Assembly (NCBI GenBank): GCA_965250285.1 | Contig: OZ252299.1 | Span: 256,001 to 320,000 of the forward strand | DNA length: 64,000 nt | Direction of reading: 5' to 3' | DNA from: Myxococcota bacterium | Lineage (GTDB): Bacteria; Myxococcota_A; UBA9160; UBA4427 | Shown here: in pieces, positions 9,739-20,000 of the stretch | Layout of the letters: each line of letters starts with the position of its first letter | Position numbering within the stretch: the stretch's first letter is position 1 | The notes under the pieces: generated by a model | What the model was told of the DNA's origin: nothing | What the model saw: the letters and a program-made list of their open reading frames with translations, nothing else | Database searches by the model: none | Position numbers and translations under genes: made by a program

Positions 9739-11244
9739 TCAGGGGGCGCCGGGTGTCGACGCATCCGCCGCGTCCGCCGGCTCGACGTCGGCGAGGCCCG
9801 TGAACTCGAGCACGCGCTCTGCCAGGTAGGGAAAGAACGGGTTCCAGCGGATGCGCAGCATGTCGCCTGGCGAGATCGCCAGGACACCGCGCTCGCCGCG
9901 CAGCGCGACCCGTCCGATGTGGATCCGGTCGGCGTTCGGCGTCGACTCGCCGCCGTAGAGCGGATCGTCGGGCGGGAACGGGATCGCGATGTGCCCGAGC
10001 GAGAACAGGTCGTTGGGCCAATCGAGCCCGAGCGGTGTCACGCGAAAGTCAGTCGCGTTCGGTTCGCGGCGGTGCTCGACGACCGCGGTGCTCTCGTCGT
10101 CTTCGTTCGAGACGACGGTGAGCGTGAAGGCGTGCCCCGCCTCTTCGAGATGTTGCTTCAGCACGGGGCGTGGGTCGTTGCGCAACAGGGCGTCGAGCTC
10201 GGATCGCCGGTTGACGTCGAACAGAATCAGCTCGTGCCCGCCCTCGGGCAGGCGCGCCATCAGGCCGTCGATCAGGGTCGGCACCGTCACGGTCGAGTCG
10301 ACGGCCGACGAGATCGCCAGCACGGGCGGCATGGCGTTGAGCTGCCCAGCGGCCTTCACGGCGGTCAGCCGACGGTCGAGCTCGTGGGTCAGGCGAAACG
10401 TCTGGTCGCCGGCGTTCACGGCGAACGACGCGTACTTGAAGGGGTCGTACTCGGGGCCGACGCTGTTCCAGAACAGCTTGTCGAGGTCGAGCCAGCGGCC
10501 GATCCGCGACTGCCAGATCGCGAAGGCCGCGGCCGGGGTGACGCCGATCATGGGCGAGAGCAGGATGATGCCGTCGGGGCGAGCGATCGTGTCGTCTTCG
10601 ATCGCCGCCAGCGCGTGCTCGGTCGCGAGGGCCGCGCCGTTCGAGTAGCCGACGAGATAGAGCGGTCGGTCGCCGATCTGGTCGCGGACGTGTCGAGCCG
10701 CGATGCGCACGGCGGCGGCCATGTCTTCCCAGGTGGCATAGACGAGGCCCGTGGGTGCGGTGCCGTGCCCGGGCACCCGCAGCCCCACGACCCAGGCGCC
10801 TGCATCGTGCAGGCGCTCGCCGATCGCGCGCAGACTGTACGGCGAGTCGGACATGCCGTGAACCAGCACGACCCCCGCTTTCGGTGCGTCGACGGGCCAC
10901 TCGAAGCTGCGATTCCAGTCTCGATCCCAGCGCGTCGGCGAGGACCGGCTGCCTTCGTAGAACCGGTTCAGCACGGTGCGCTCGTCGGGCTCGATCTGGC
11001 GCGTCACCTCGCGGTCGAGCTCGTCGAAGAGGCGCTCCTCGAGCGCGAGGTAGCCGGCGAAGTCGGTGACGTCCGACTTGCGCGTGAACTCTTCGTCGAG
11101 CCGCACCTCGTGCCAGACGCTCAGGTCGTCCTTCGAATTGAGAAAGAGCACGCCGGCGACGACGACCACGGCGAGGATCGCGAGCGTGCCGTAGAAGGCG
11201 AGGCGATACAGGCCGCGAAACGTGGAACGGGCGTATCGGGGCAT
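9739..11244 (-). CDS. Membrane-anchored alpha/beta hydrolase
   Basis: N-terminal TM, HGMSDSPYS, PGHGT, nucleophile elbow GYSNG. Confidence 0.8.
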   Translation of the reverse strand: MPRYARSTFRGLYRLAFYGTLAILAVVVVAGVLFLNSKDDLSVWHEVRLDEEFTRKSDVTDFAGYLALEERLFDELDREVTRQIEPDERTVLNRFYEGSRSSPTRWDRDWNRSFEWPVDAPKAGVVLVHGMSDSPYSLRAIGERLHDAGAWVVGLRVPGHGTAPTGLVYATWEDMAAAVRIAARHVRDQIGDRPLYLVGYSNGAALATEHALAAIEDDTIARPDGIILLSPMIGVTPAAAFAIWQSRIGRWLDLDKLFWNSVGPEYDPFKYASFAVNAGDQTFRLTHELDRRLTAVKAAGQLNAMPPVLAISSAVDSTVTVPTLIDGLMARLPEGGHELILFDVNRRSELDALLRNDPRPVLKQHLEEAGHAFTLTVVSNEDDESTAVVEHRREPNATDFRVTPLGLDWPNDLFSLGHIAIPFPPDDPLYGGESTPNADRIHIGRVALRGERGVLAISPGDMLRIRWNPFFPYLAERVLEFTGLADVEPADAADASTPGAP

Positions 11245-11248
11245 CCGG

Positions 11249-11653
11249 TCAGCCTGCCGCGTTGGCCAGATCGACCTGCTCGTTCAGCGTCCAGAAGTCG
11301 AAGAGCAGGCCGAGACCGAAGAGCCCGCCGGTCAGCAGATACAGGATCGCGGTGGGCCACTTGCCGATGTAGAAGCGGTGCAGGCCGAAGAGGCCGAAGA
11401 AGGTCAAGAGGATCCACGCGAGGTTGTAGTCGAAGGGGCCCGTTCGATATCGAAAATCGGCCTCGCGATCCATGCTCGGGATGAGGAAGAGGTCGATCAG
11501 CCAGCCGATGCCGAGCAGGCCGAGGGTCAGGAACCAGATCGTGCCGGTGATCGGACGGCCGTAGTAGAACCGGTGGCTGCCGAGAAACCCGAAGATCCAG
11601 AGCACGTAGCCGAACGTCTTGAGGTGGGTGTCTGCCGGCTGCGTTTCGGTCAT
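11249..11653 (-). CDS. TM2 domain-containing protein (two TM2 repeats)
   Basis: FGFLGSHRFYYG and FGLFGLHRFYIGK repeats. Confidence 0.9.
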   Translation of the reverse strand: MTETQPADTHLKTFGYVLWIFGFLGSHRFYYGRPITGTIWFLTLGLLGIGWLIDLFLIPSMDREADFRYRTGPFDYNLAWILLTFFGLFGLHRFYIGKWPTAILYLLTGGLFGLGLLFDFWTLNEQVDLANAAG

Positions 11654-11803
11654 GCGATCTCCCGGTCGGCGCCTCGTCGAGCGCCGCACGAGAGTAGCGG
11701 TCTGGCGATCCTTCGTTGCGACGTCGACTCTCGAGACGAGCGAGGGACGGGGTCGGATGCCCCCGGATACCCACTGTGCCCGCAGTGCAGCGCGCGGGGT
11801 ACC

Positions 11804-14800
11804 TCAGTGCGCGGCGAGGTCCAGCTCGGTCAGCGATCTGTCGTCTGACGCCATCGACTCGACCGCGACGTCGAGGACGAAGATGCGCTCGGCCGGGATC
11901 GCGCCGTTCGCGGTCAGGTAGTCGCGGACGGCGCCGGCCCGCCGGCGGGCCAGCTCGCGGAGCGCTGCGTCGTCGATCGAGATCGTCTCGGCGACGCGCC
12001 GCTCGATCTCGGTCTGCCAGGCGGCCATCATCTCGTCGGACTGCGCGCCTTCGAGCGGGCGGTCTTCTTCGGGTGCCGGGACGGGCACCAGCATCTCGAC
12101 CGGCTTCTCGCCGAAGATCGATTCGTAGCGGCTGAGCAGGAGGCGCTGTCGCTCGTCGTCTTCGAGCACGACCTCTTCGACGGATTCGGGTTTGCGTCCG
12201 AACCAGCGCGACTGCAGCTCGCGGTAGCGCTCGCGCCGCAGCTCCTGCTCGAGGGCCTGACGCTGCAGCTCGGGTCGGTCGAAGGCCTCGTCGGCGCGCC
12301 CGGTGATCTCGAGCGACAGGGCCGGGCGCTCGACGAGCGCCTTTGCGAGCTCATCGAGCTTCGATCGTTCGGCTGCGTCGAGGTCGGCCAGACCGGCCGA
12401 GAAGCCGACGCTCTTCATGTCGTCGCCGTCGTCTCCGCCGCCGGCGAGTCCGCCCAGGGCGGCGAAGGGAGAGAGCGCGACCTTCGTGATCAGGTTGCCC
12501 AGGGCTCCGAACACGAGCTTGCCGACACTGAACTCGGGATCGTCGGTGCGGCCGCGCACGGGCAGGTCGATGTGGATCTCACCGTTGCGATCCTTGAGCA
12601 GCGCGATCGCGAGACCGACCGGCAGATTCATCGCATCGGGGCTGTCGGTCTTCTCGCCGAGAGAGAACTGATCGAGGAAGAGCTCGTTCTCGCCTCGGAT
12701 CGAGGGGCCATCGATCACGTACTCGACGTCGAGGAAGAGCTTGCCCCGGTCGATCATCTGCCCGATGTGGTGGCTCGAATAGGGCGAGAACTGCGTGAGC
12801 CCGAAGTTGCGGAACCCGACGCGCAGGTCGATGTAGGGGTTCTCGGCGAGGGGGCTCATCTCGCCCGCCACCGAGACGGGGGTCGACCCGTCGATGTGGC
12901 CGGCCAGCGCCAGTCGCGCGCGGGCCTCGGCATCGGAGGAGAGGCCTTCGAGCTTGCCGTCGATCCGGCTGAGAGATGTCGAGAAGCGCGGCTGGATGCT
13001 GCCGTCGACGAACTGGGCTTCTCCGCCCTCGATGATGACGGCCCCGATCGAGATCGGGGGCGGGGCCGTGGGGGCGGCCTCGCCGGTGTCGCCGCCCGCC
13101 GTGCCGTTTTCGCGGACCACCGAAGCCACGTTGGGCGTGCCGTCGCGAGCGATGACGACTCGGGCTTCGGGCTGACGCAGCGTGACCGTATCGAGGGCGA
13201 TGCGCATCGGTTCGAGGTCGAATGTCAGGCCGGCGAGCTCGAGCGCGTTCCATGAGAGCAGCGCCTGCGAGAGCCGGTCGTCGAAGGTCGCGAGCTCGTC
13301 GATGCGCACGTCGCCCGCGAACCGCATCGAGACGGGGCCGTCGCTCGGCGCGGCGACATCGAGGTCGGCGTCGATGCCGAGGCGCGCCGACGAAGCGTGC
13401 ACCGCGAGGGCCGGCAGCCAGTAGGGCTCGAACGGCGTCAGGTCGAAGCGCGTGAGATCGATCTCGAGGTCGGCCGAGGCGGGCTCGGGCGTGACCGTGC
13501 CCGTCACCTGCAGATGGCCGCGCTCGCTGGTCGCCGGCGCCGCGTCGGAGCTGGCTTCGGCGCTCGCTTCGAGTTCGGCGACGGCCCCGAAACCCATCTC
13601 GGCCCGCAGGCCGATGGGCTTCGTCATGTCCGACGAGATGCCGTCGAATCGCAGCGCAATCGGTGCCACGGTGAGTCGCGTGTTCGGATCGGTGGAGCGG
13701 TCTTCGAAGTCGATGCGATGCTCTTCGATCTGCACGCGTTCGATCGCGTACGTCCACGGCGGCGTCTCGAGTTCGGGCTCGCTCTCTTCGGCGGTCGCTG
13801 CCGCCATCGGTGCGGTCGGGCCGCTGTCCCCGTTCGTTCTCGTCTCGGAGAGCTTCTCCATCCTGAACCGACCGTCCGGAAGGCGGACGAGATGATGGCG
13901 ACCGCCTCGGCCCTCGACGGCCGCGACGTCGAGCGTCTGTTCGGGGTACGCGACCTCGATGCCCGTGACGTCGAGCGCGTCGAGCGACACGGCGATGTCA
14001 CCGCTCTCGCGGTCGGCCACCTTGAAGTCGCGCAGCCGGATCTCGCCTTCGTGCAGCCGCGCGGTCAGCGCGTCGCGTGCGTCGAAATCGTACTGTCCGA
14101 GCACATCGACCGTGCCGCTCACGACCTCGAAGAGCACGTCGTCTTGCACGTAGAGCCAGCCTGTGCGCGGGCGCACGCCCGTCAGTGCGAAGCGGCCCTG
14201 GCTGTAGAGCGGCACGACCGAGAGGTTGCCTTCCCACTCGAGGGCCTCGCCCCTGCCGGTGGTCGCCTTGAAGTTGTACGGCGACTCGTCGTCGGGTCGC
14301 GTGCCGAAGTCGGTCAGCTCGATGTCGAGCGGGGCGATCTCGGCCTCGAAGTCGGTCGGCCGGCTGAAATCGGTGAAGGCGATGCGGCCGCGCTCGATGC
14401 GTGCCACATGAATCAGCAGGGGCGGCGGGCCGCCCGGCTCCGCTTCGGCTTCGTCGTCGTCGTCGGCGAGCAGCGTGTCGATGATGTCGCCAAAGTTGAG
14501 CGCACCATCTTCGAGGACCTTCACGTGGACCGAGGCTTCAGTGAGCCGGATCTCGCGAAACGTGAAGGCGAAGTGAAAGAGCGATGACAGCTCGAAGTCG
14601 GCAAACAGCTCGTCGAAACGAACGAAGTCGGATCCGTCGCGATCGGGCAGCGCGAAGTCGCGCACGTCGACCGAGAGCAGGAACGGATTGATCCGGACCT
14701 CGCCGATCGATGCATCGCGGTGGAACTCTTCTCGGAGGATCTCGGTCGCCTGCGTGCGCACGATCCATGGCAGCAGCAGGAAGCCGAAGGCGGCGTACAC

Positions 14801-14908
14801 GGCCACGGCGAGGGCGGCACCGAGGGCGAGCTTCTGCCTTCGGCTGAGGTTCTTGAGGGCGTCGATCCAGGACACGCGGGGGGGCTGCTCCAGCCGACGC
14901 CGAGCCAT
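11804..14908 (-). CDS. DUF748 domain-containing protein with C-terminal OmpA-like region
   Basis: N-terminal TM, INPFLLS, AIALLKDRNGEIHIDLPVRG, LARRRAGAVRDYL; start uncertain (up to 14998). Confidence 0.85.
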   Translation of the reverse strand: MARRRLEQPPRVSWIDALKNLSRRQKLALGAALAVAVYAAFGFLLLPWIVRTQATEILREEFHRDASIGEVRINPFLLSVDVRDFALPDRDGSDFVRFDELFADFELSSLFHFAFTFREIRLTEASVHVKVLEDGALNFGDIIDTLLADDDDEAEAEPGGPPPLLIHVARIERGRIAFTDFSRPTDFEAEIAPLDIELTDFGTRPDDESPYNFKATTGRGEALEWEGNLSVVPLYSQGRFALTGVRPRTGWLYVQDDVLFEVVSGTVDVLGQYDFDARDALTARLHEGEIRLRDFKVADRESGDIAVSLDALDVTGIEVAYPEQTLDVAAVEGRGGRHHLVRLPDGRFRMEKLSETRTNGDSGPTAPMAAATAEESEPELETPPWTYAIERVQIEEHRIDFEDRSTDPNTRLTVAPIALRFDGISSDMTKPIGLRAEMGFGAVAELEASAEASSDAAPATSERGHLQVTGTVTPEPASADLEIDLTRFDLTPFEPYWLPALAVHASSARLGIDADLDVAAPSDGPVSMRFAGDVRIDELATFDDRLSQALLSWNALELAGLTFDLEPMRIALDTVTLRQPEARVVIARDGTPNVASVVRENGTAGGDTGEAAPTAPPPISIGAVIIEGGEAQFVDGSIQPRFSTSLSRIDGKLEGLSSDAEARARLALAGHIDGSTPVSVAGEMSPLAENPYIDLRVGFRNFGLTQFSPYSSHHIGQMIDRGKLFLDVEYVIDGPSIRGENELFLDQFSLGEKTDSPDAMNLPVGLAIALLKDRNGEIHIDLPVRGRTDDPEFSVGKLVFGALGNLITKVALSPFAALGGLAGGGDDGDDMKSVGFSAGLADLDAAERSKLDELAKALVERPALSLEITGRADEAFDRPELQRQALEQELRRERYRELQSRWFGRKPESVEEVVLEDDERQRLLLSRYESIFGEKPVEMLVPVPAPEEDRPLEGAQSDEMMAAWQTEIERRVAETISIDDAALRELARRRAGAVRDYLTANGAIPAERIFVLDVAVESMASDDRSLTELDLAAH

Positions 14909-15116
14909 CGGTCGCCGGCCGCGGAGGAAGGGGCCAAGAGGTGCCAGTCTACCACCGGGCGGCAGCGAGGACACCGGGACGCGGGGTTCGGCCTTCATTC
15001 GCGGGCGGGTGCTCGGAAGATCGGGACAGGGCCGCGCGGGTGGCCCATCCGTGCCGCTGCATGCGCGTTCGGCGGCCCTGCTCGGGTACCATCAACGGGC
15101 GGGGGAATCGGCTTCT

Positions 15117-16541
15117 TTGGGATCGATCGAGACGATCTTCGAATGGATCGCGCGTCACGAAACGGTGCTGTCGGGCATCGCTGCCGCCATCGTGATCGTC
15201 GGCGTCGTGGTTGCGCCGGTCGTTCGCGCGCTGCGCCGCTTGACCCGCCGGGCCCCGGGCGAGCCTGCGGCGCCGTCGGCGCCCTTCGTCGACGCACCGG
15301 CGCCCCAGGAGGACGACGCCCGCCCCTCGGTCGCGGTGATGCCCTTCGTCGATCGCTCGCCAGGGGTCACGATGGACGGCCTCTGCGACGGCCTGCTCGA
15401 AGACCTGATCGCAGCGCTCTCCCGAATCAAGCCGTTCTTCGTGATCGCGCGCAGCTCGATGCTGACCTACCGCGACCGCGACGTCGATCCGCGCGACGTC
15501 GCCCGCGAGCTCGGGGTCCGGTACGTGATCACGGGCAGCGTCGTCACGTCGGGCGATGCCCTGCGCCTGACCGCCGAGCTCGTCGATGCACGGACGGGTG
15601 AGCAGGTCGACACCCAGCGCTTCGAGCGCCCCCAGGCCGAACTCTTCGATCTGCAGGACGACATCGTGCACCACGTGGTGGCCTCGCTGCAGCCGGCGCT
15701 CAAGGGTGCCGAGGCGGACCGGGCCCAGCGCAGCGAGACCGAGAGCCTCGATGCGTGGGCGATCGTCAACCGGGCCCACATTCGCCTCAACCAGAATCTG
15801 TCCGATCGCGACGCGACGCTGGCGGCCATCGCCGATGCGAGGCGGGCGCTCGAGCTCGATTCGGAGTACGGCCTGGCCTGGGCCGTGCTCGGTCTCGCGC
15901 TCGCGTTGGCCTGGACCCATCGCTTCGAGACCGCTTCGAGCGAGCTCGACGTCGAGGCGGGTGCGGCGAGCCGACGGGCCGCCGAGCTCGATCCAAACGA
16001 TGCCGCCGTGCAGCACTGCGTGGGCGCGACGATGGGCAACCTGGGCCGCACCGCCGAAGCGGTGCGCGCGTATACGCGCGCACTCGAGCTCGATCCCAAT
16101 GCGGCGGCCAGCTATGGCGGTCTCGGCGCCGCGCTCGTCTTCGCGAAGCGCGCCGAAGATGCGAAGGATTCGCTCGACAAGGCGATCCGGCTCTCGCCCC
16201 GAGATCCGCTGCTCTATCACTGGGTGGCCTATCGAGGCCTCGCCGAGCTGGTCATCGGCCGCTTCGAGCAGGCGCGCGACGATGCGCGTGCTTCGCTCGA
16301 CCGTGTGCGGGGCCGCGTCGCCCTGGCGGTGCTCGCGGTCGCGCAGGCGAACCTCGGCGCGCAGGCCGACGCGCGCGCTGCCTACGATGAGCTGCGTGCG
16401 CTCGACCCGGCCGTGAATCCCGCGGGCTGGGCCAACGTCGTCGAGTCGACGGTGCGCGAAGACTACGAGCGGTCGCAGCTGGTCGAGGGCATGTGGCTCG
16501 CATCGGGCCTCGCCCGCGACGACGCCGAGCCCCGCGACTGA
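15117..16541 (+). CDS. TolB-like domain + TPR repeat membrane protein
   Basis: N-terminal TM, RPSVAVMPF, FVIARSS, ARELGVRYVITGSV, TPRs (ALELDPN, AIRLSPRDP); TTG start inferred. Confidence 0.8.
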   Translation: MGSIETIFEWIARHETVLSGIAAAIVIVGVVVAPVVRALRRLTRRAPGEPAAPSAPFVDAPAPQEDDARPSVAVMPFVDRSPGVTMDGLCDGLLEDLIAALSRIKPFFVIARSSMLTYRDRDVDPRDVARELGVRYVITGSVVTSGDALRLTAELVDARTGEQVDTQRFERPQAELFDLQDDIVHHVVASLQPALKGAEADRAQRSETESLDAWAIVNRAHIRLNQNLSDRDATLAAIADARRALELDSEYGLAWAVLGLALALAWTHRFETASSELDVEAGAASRRAAELDPNDAAVQHCVGATMGNLGRTAEAVRAYTRALELDPNAAASYGGLGAALVFAKRAEDAKDSLDKAIRLSPRDPLLYHWVAYRGLAELVIGRFEQARDDARASLDRVRGRVALAVLAVAQANLGAQADARAAYDELRALDPAVNPAGWANVVESTVREDYERSQLVEGMWLASGLARDDAEPRD

Positions 16542-16573
16542 ACGAGCAAGGCGCAGGCCTCCGAGCCGTGGGC

Positions 16574-17482
16574 CTAGCTCTGGACCGGTTCGATGAAGAG
16601 CGTGGGGACGCCGAAGGGCGCGTTCTTGACGGTGAAGACGCGGGTGCCGGGCTTGTGACCGTCGCGGACCGGCGTCACGTCGTAGCCTGCGGCCTCGACG
16701 CGTGCCCGGGCGCGGTCGGCATCACCGACCTGGTGGGCGATGCCCCAGAGCAGGTCGGTGTCTTCGCCGGGCGAGCCCAGGTCGCTGCCTTCCTTCAATG
16801 AGGCACCGATCTCGAGCGTCAGGCCGCCGCTGCGAAAGAAGATCAGGCGGACGCCGCGTTTCTCGAAGCGCTTGTCGAGGGCGAGCCGCAGGCCGAGCCC
16901 CTCGCCGTAGAACGAGAGCGCATGCTCGGGCGCCTTCGTCATCACGACGACGTGATCGAGGTGGCCGACGCAGCTGCCGTCGTCGTCGATGGGCGACGCG
17001 TGGGGCACGATCTCGTCGGTCGACGCGTCTTCGACGATGCGCGCCGTGATGCCGCGGGCGGCGTCGGCCGGCAAGTCGACGACGCGGTAGCGGCGCCACG
17101 CGCCCGATGGATCGTCGTGGGACAGAGCGTCGACGGGCTCGTGGGTTTCGACGCCGATCGACGCGAGGCTCGCACGCACTGCTTCGAGGTCGCGCGTGCC
17201 GAAGTCGAGCCGAAGCAGCCCCTCGCCCTGCGCATCGATGTGCGTCCGAAGCGCTCGGCCCACCGGTCCGTCGCCCTCCGGCGCGAGCAGCTCGAGCGTC
17301 GTGTTCGCGAGCCGAAACAGCACATTCGAGGTGCCATCGGCGGGCTGAGGTCCCTTCCAGGAAGGAGAGCACCCGAGCAGCCGCGCCATCTCGGGCGTCG
17401 CCTGGGCGACGTCACGCACGGCGATCACCACGTGATCGATTCGATCGACCCGGGTCGGCTCGGGTTCGCGCGCCTCGGCCAT
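16574..17482 (-). CDS. VOC/glyoxalase family protein (two domains)
   Basis: IDHVVIAV and LDHVVVM, LELL; SD GGAGG. Confidence 0.85.
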   Translation of the reverse strand: MAEAREPEPTRVDRIDHVVIAVRDVAQATPEMARLLGCSPSWKGPQPADGTSNVLFRLANTTLELLAPEGDGPVGRALRTHIDAQGEGLLRLDFGTRDLEAVRASLASIGVETHEPVDALSHDDPSGAWRRYRVVDLPADAARGITARIVEDASTDEIVPHASPIDDDGSCVGHLDHVVVMTKAPEHALSFYGEGLGLRLALDKRFEKRGVRLIFFRSGGLTLEIGASLKEGSDLGSPGEDTDLLWGIAHQVGDADRARARVEAAGYDVTPVRDGHKPGTRVFTVKNAPFGVPTLFIEPVQS

Positions 17483-17492
17483 GGCGGCCTCC

Positions 17493-17795
17493 TCAGAGGA
17501 TCGCTTCGAAGCCTTCGAAGACCGGGTGCCCGAGGTACGTGCCCTGGGGCGCGCGCGCCTGGGCGTGCGCCTTCTTGAACGACTCACTCTCGGTCCAGGC
17601 ACGGAAGTCGGCCTCGGTCTTCCAGATCGTGTGCGACGCATAGAGCGTCGCCTCGTCGTCCTCGGGGCCCTTCAGCAGTCGGAACGACTCGAAGCCGGGC
17701 GTGCCGTCGAGGTGCGAATCCCGGTTGCGCCAGAGCTCTTCGAAGTCGTGCTCGTGGCCCTTCGCGATGCGAAAGCGGTTCATGGCGATGTACAT
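17493..17795 (-). CDS. Antibiotic biosynthesis monooxygenase family (IsdG/HmoA-like heme-degrading monooxygenase)
   Basis: MYIAMNRF, FEELWRNRDS, YASHTIW, WTESESFKKAH. Confidence 0.85.
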   Translation of the reverse strand: MYIAMNRFRIAKGHEHDFEELWRNRDSHLDGTPGFESFRLLKGPEDDEATLYASHTIWKTEADFRAWTESESFKKAHAQARAPQGTYLGHPVFEGFEAIL

Positions 17796-17862
17796 GGGGT
17801 GCTCCTCCAGCGAGAGGATCGAACCTACCACACGGCCGATCGGGACGAAGGGCGATGCCGGC

Positions 17863-18762
17863 TCAGTCGGCGCTGGCCGCCGGTTCGAGCGCGCGCTCGA
17901 CGGCGTCGAGCCGATCGGCATCGGTGCCCGCGACCCGGCGCGCGAGCGGCAGCGTCTGCTGCGCCAGGAGCGCGTAGATGGTTTCGAGCGCGGGCGAGAC
18001 GGCCCGCAGCGCGGTGCGCTGCCGCGCGACGATGTCGGCCTCACCGCGCACGATCGGGCCCGAGAGCGCGCCGGCTGGCCCGCGTTCGAAGACGTTCGTG
18101 ACCGTGCCGCCGACGAGCCCCTCGAGCGCCGCCATCGCCGTCGCGCGGTCGACCCCCGCCGCTTCGTATGTCTGCAGGCTCGCCTCGACGAGGCCCACCA
18201 CGTGGTTGCAGGCCAGCACCGCCGCGGCGTGATACAGCGTCTTCGCGCCGCTCTCGATGCGCACCGTGCGGGCGCCGGCCTGCTCGAAGAGGGGGAGGGC
18301 GACGTCGAGCGCTGCGGCGTCGCCCTCGGCGCCGCACACCGTGCCTTCGAGCAGGTCGTCGCGCGCCTCGGCCACGGCGAAGCTGCGAATGGGATGCACG
18401 CTCGCGACGCTGGCCCCCTGCTCGCGCAAGACGCCGAGCACGTCCGATCCGAGGGCACCGCTCGTGTGCACGACGACGGCGCCGTCGAGATCGATCGGGG
18501 CCGAGGCCAGGGTCTCTGCGCTGCGCGCGAGGTCGGCGTCCGGTGTCGCGATGAACACGAGGTCGGCGCGCTCGAGAGACTCGATCGAGGCCACGGCCTC
18601 GCCCGCGCCGATGAAGTCGACGGCGGCCCGTGCACTCTCGAGCGATCGCGTGAGCACTTGCCCAGGCTCGATCGAGCCGCGCGTGGCGAAGAGCCTCGCG
18701 ACCGAGACCCCCAGCCGGCCGCAGCCGATGAAGTGCGTGCGCAGCGCTGCCGGGGGTGCCAT
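17863..18762 (-). CDS. Rossmann-like and DUF2520 domain protein (PanG-like)
   Basis: IGCGRLG, HTSGAL, HPIRSF, YHAAAVLACN, LSGPIVRG. Confidence 0.85.
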   Translation of the reverse strand: MAPPAALRTHFIGCGRLGVSVARLFATRGSIEPGQVLTRSLESARAAVDFIGAGEAVASIESLERADLVFIATPDADLARSAETLASAPIDLDGAVVVHTSGALGSDVLGVLREQGASVASVHPIRSFAVAEARDDLLEGTVCGAEGDAAALDVALPLFEQAGARTVRIESGAKTLYHAAAVLACNHVVGLVEASLQTYEAAGVDRATAMAALEGLVGGTVTNVFERGPAGALSGPIVRGEADIVARQRTALRAVSPALETIYALLAQQTLPLARRVAGTDADRLDAVERALEPAASAD

Positions 18763-18779
18763 GGCCGACCTCTTGGGCG

Positions 18780-19958
18780 TCAGTCGTCTCGTGAGAGGAT
18801 CGCCGCGCTGGTCGGGACACCGGTACCGGCGGTGACGAGCACGTTCGTCGCGCCATCGACCTGGTTGACCGAGGTGCCTCGCACCTGTCGAGCCGCTTCG
18901 GCGATGCCGTTCATCCCGTGAATGTACGCTTCGCCGAGCTGTCCGCCGTTCGTGTTGATGGGCAGGTCGCCGCCGAGCTCGATGCGGCCGTCCTTCACGA
19001 AATCCTTGGCCTCGCCGACCTTGCAGAAGCCGAACTCCTCGAGCTGCGGCAGCACCAGCGGCGTAAAGTGGTCGTAGATGACGGCCGTCTGGATGTCCTT
19101 GGCCGAGAGACCGGTGTCGGCCCACAGCTGGCGCGCGACCAGGCCCATCTCGGGGATCGCGGCGATGTTGTCGCGGTAGTAGCTCTTCATCATCTGCTGG
19201 TCTTCGCCGCTGCCCTGCGCGGCCGAGGCGATCACGACCGGCGGGTTCGGCAGGTCGCGCGCTCGCTCGAGGCTCGTGACGACGAGGGCCTGCCCACCGT
19301 CGCTCTCCTGGCAGCAGTCGAGCAGATGGAGAGGCTTCACGATCCAACGGCTCTCTTGATGCTCTTCGAGCGTGATCGGCTTCTGGTAGAAGAACGCCTC
19401 GGGATTCGTCGCCGCGTGCTTGCGGTCGGCGACCGAGACGCGCCCGAAGTCTTCGCTGGTCGCTCCGTACTCGTGCATGTACCGCGTCGCGAACATCGCG
19501 ACCCACGAAGCCGGGGTGAGCAGCCCGAACGGCGAGCTCCAGCCGAAGTCGACCATCGAGGGAGTCGCGTCGGCTTCGCGGGCCTGAACGCCCGTGCCGA
19601 AGCGTGTCTCGCTGCGCTCGTTGAACGCGCGATAGACCAGCACATTCTCGGCCGCGCCGCTGGCGACCGCCATGGCAGCCTGGTGGATCGTTCCGCAGGC
19701 CGCGCCGCCGCTGTGGTGGATCCGGCTGAAGTGCGTCAGCTCCTTGATGCCGAGTGAGCGAGCCACGTCGATCTCGTGGTTGTCGTCGGTCGTGTAGCTG
19801 ACGATGCCGTCGATCTGATGGGGCTCGAGGCCCGCGTCGCGAATCGCCGTCTCGCTGCACTCGACGGCCAGTCGCAGCGTGCTGCGGCCCGAGTTCTTCG
19901 AGAACTCGGTCGCGCCGAGGCCCGCGATGGCCGTCTTGCCTGCGAAGGACATGGTCAT
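18780..19958 (-). CDS. ltp2: Lipid-transfer protein / thiolase-like steroid side-chain aldolase (Ltp2-like)
   Basis: GATEFSKNSGRS, DCCQESDGG, YDHFTP, GGQLGEAYIHGMNGIAE, TAGTGVPTS match Ltp2. Confidence 0.85.
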   Translation of the reverse strand: MTMSFAGKTAIAGLGATEFSKNSGRSTLRLAVECSETAIRDAGLEPHQIDGIVSYTTDDNHEIDVARSLGIKELTHFSRIHHSGGAACGTIHQAAMAVASGAAENVLVYRAFNERSETRFGTGVQAREADATPSMVDFGWSSPFGLLTPASWVAMFATRYMHEYGATSEDFGRVSVADRKHAATNPEAFFYQKPITLEEHQESRWIVKPLHLLDCCQESDGGQALVVTSLERARDLPNPPVVIASAAQGSGEDQQMMKSYYRDNIAAIPEMGLVARQLWADTGLSAKDIQTAVIYDHFTPLVLPQLEEFGFCKVGEAKDFVKDGRIELGGDLPINTNGGQLGEAYIHGMNGIAEAARQVRGTSVNQVDGATNVLVTAGTGVPTSAAILSRDD

Positions 19959-20000
19959 AAGAAGAGGTCTCCTGCGGATGCGCGTGGGAGGAGCCGGGGC

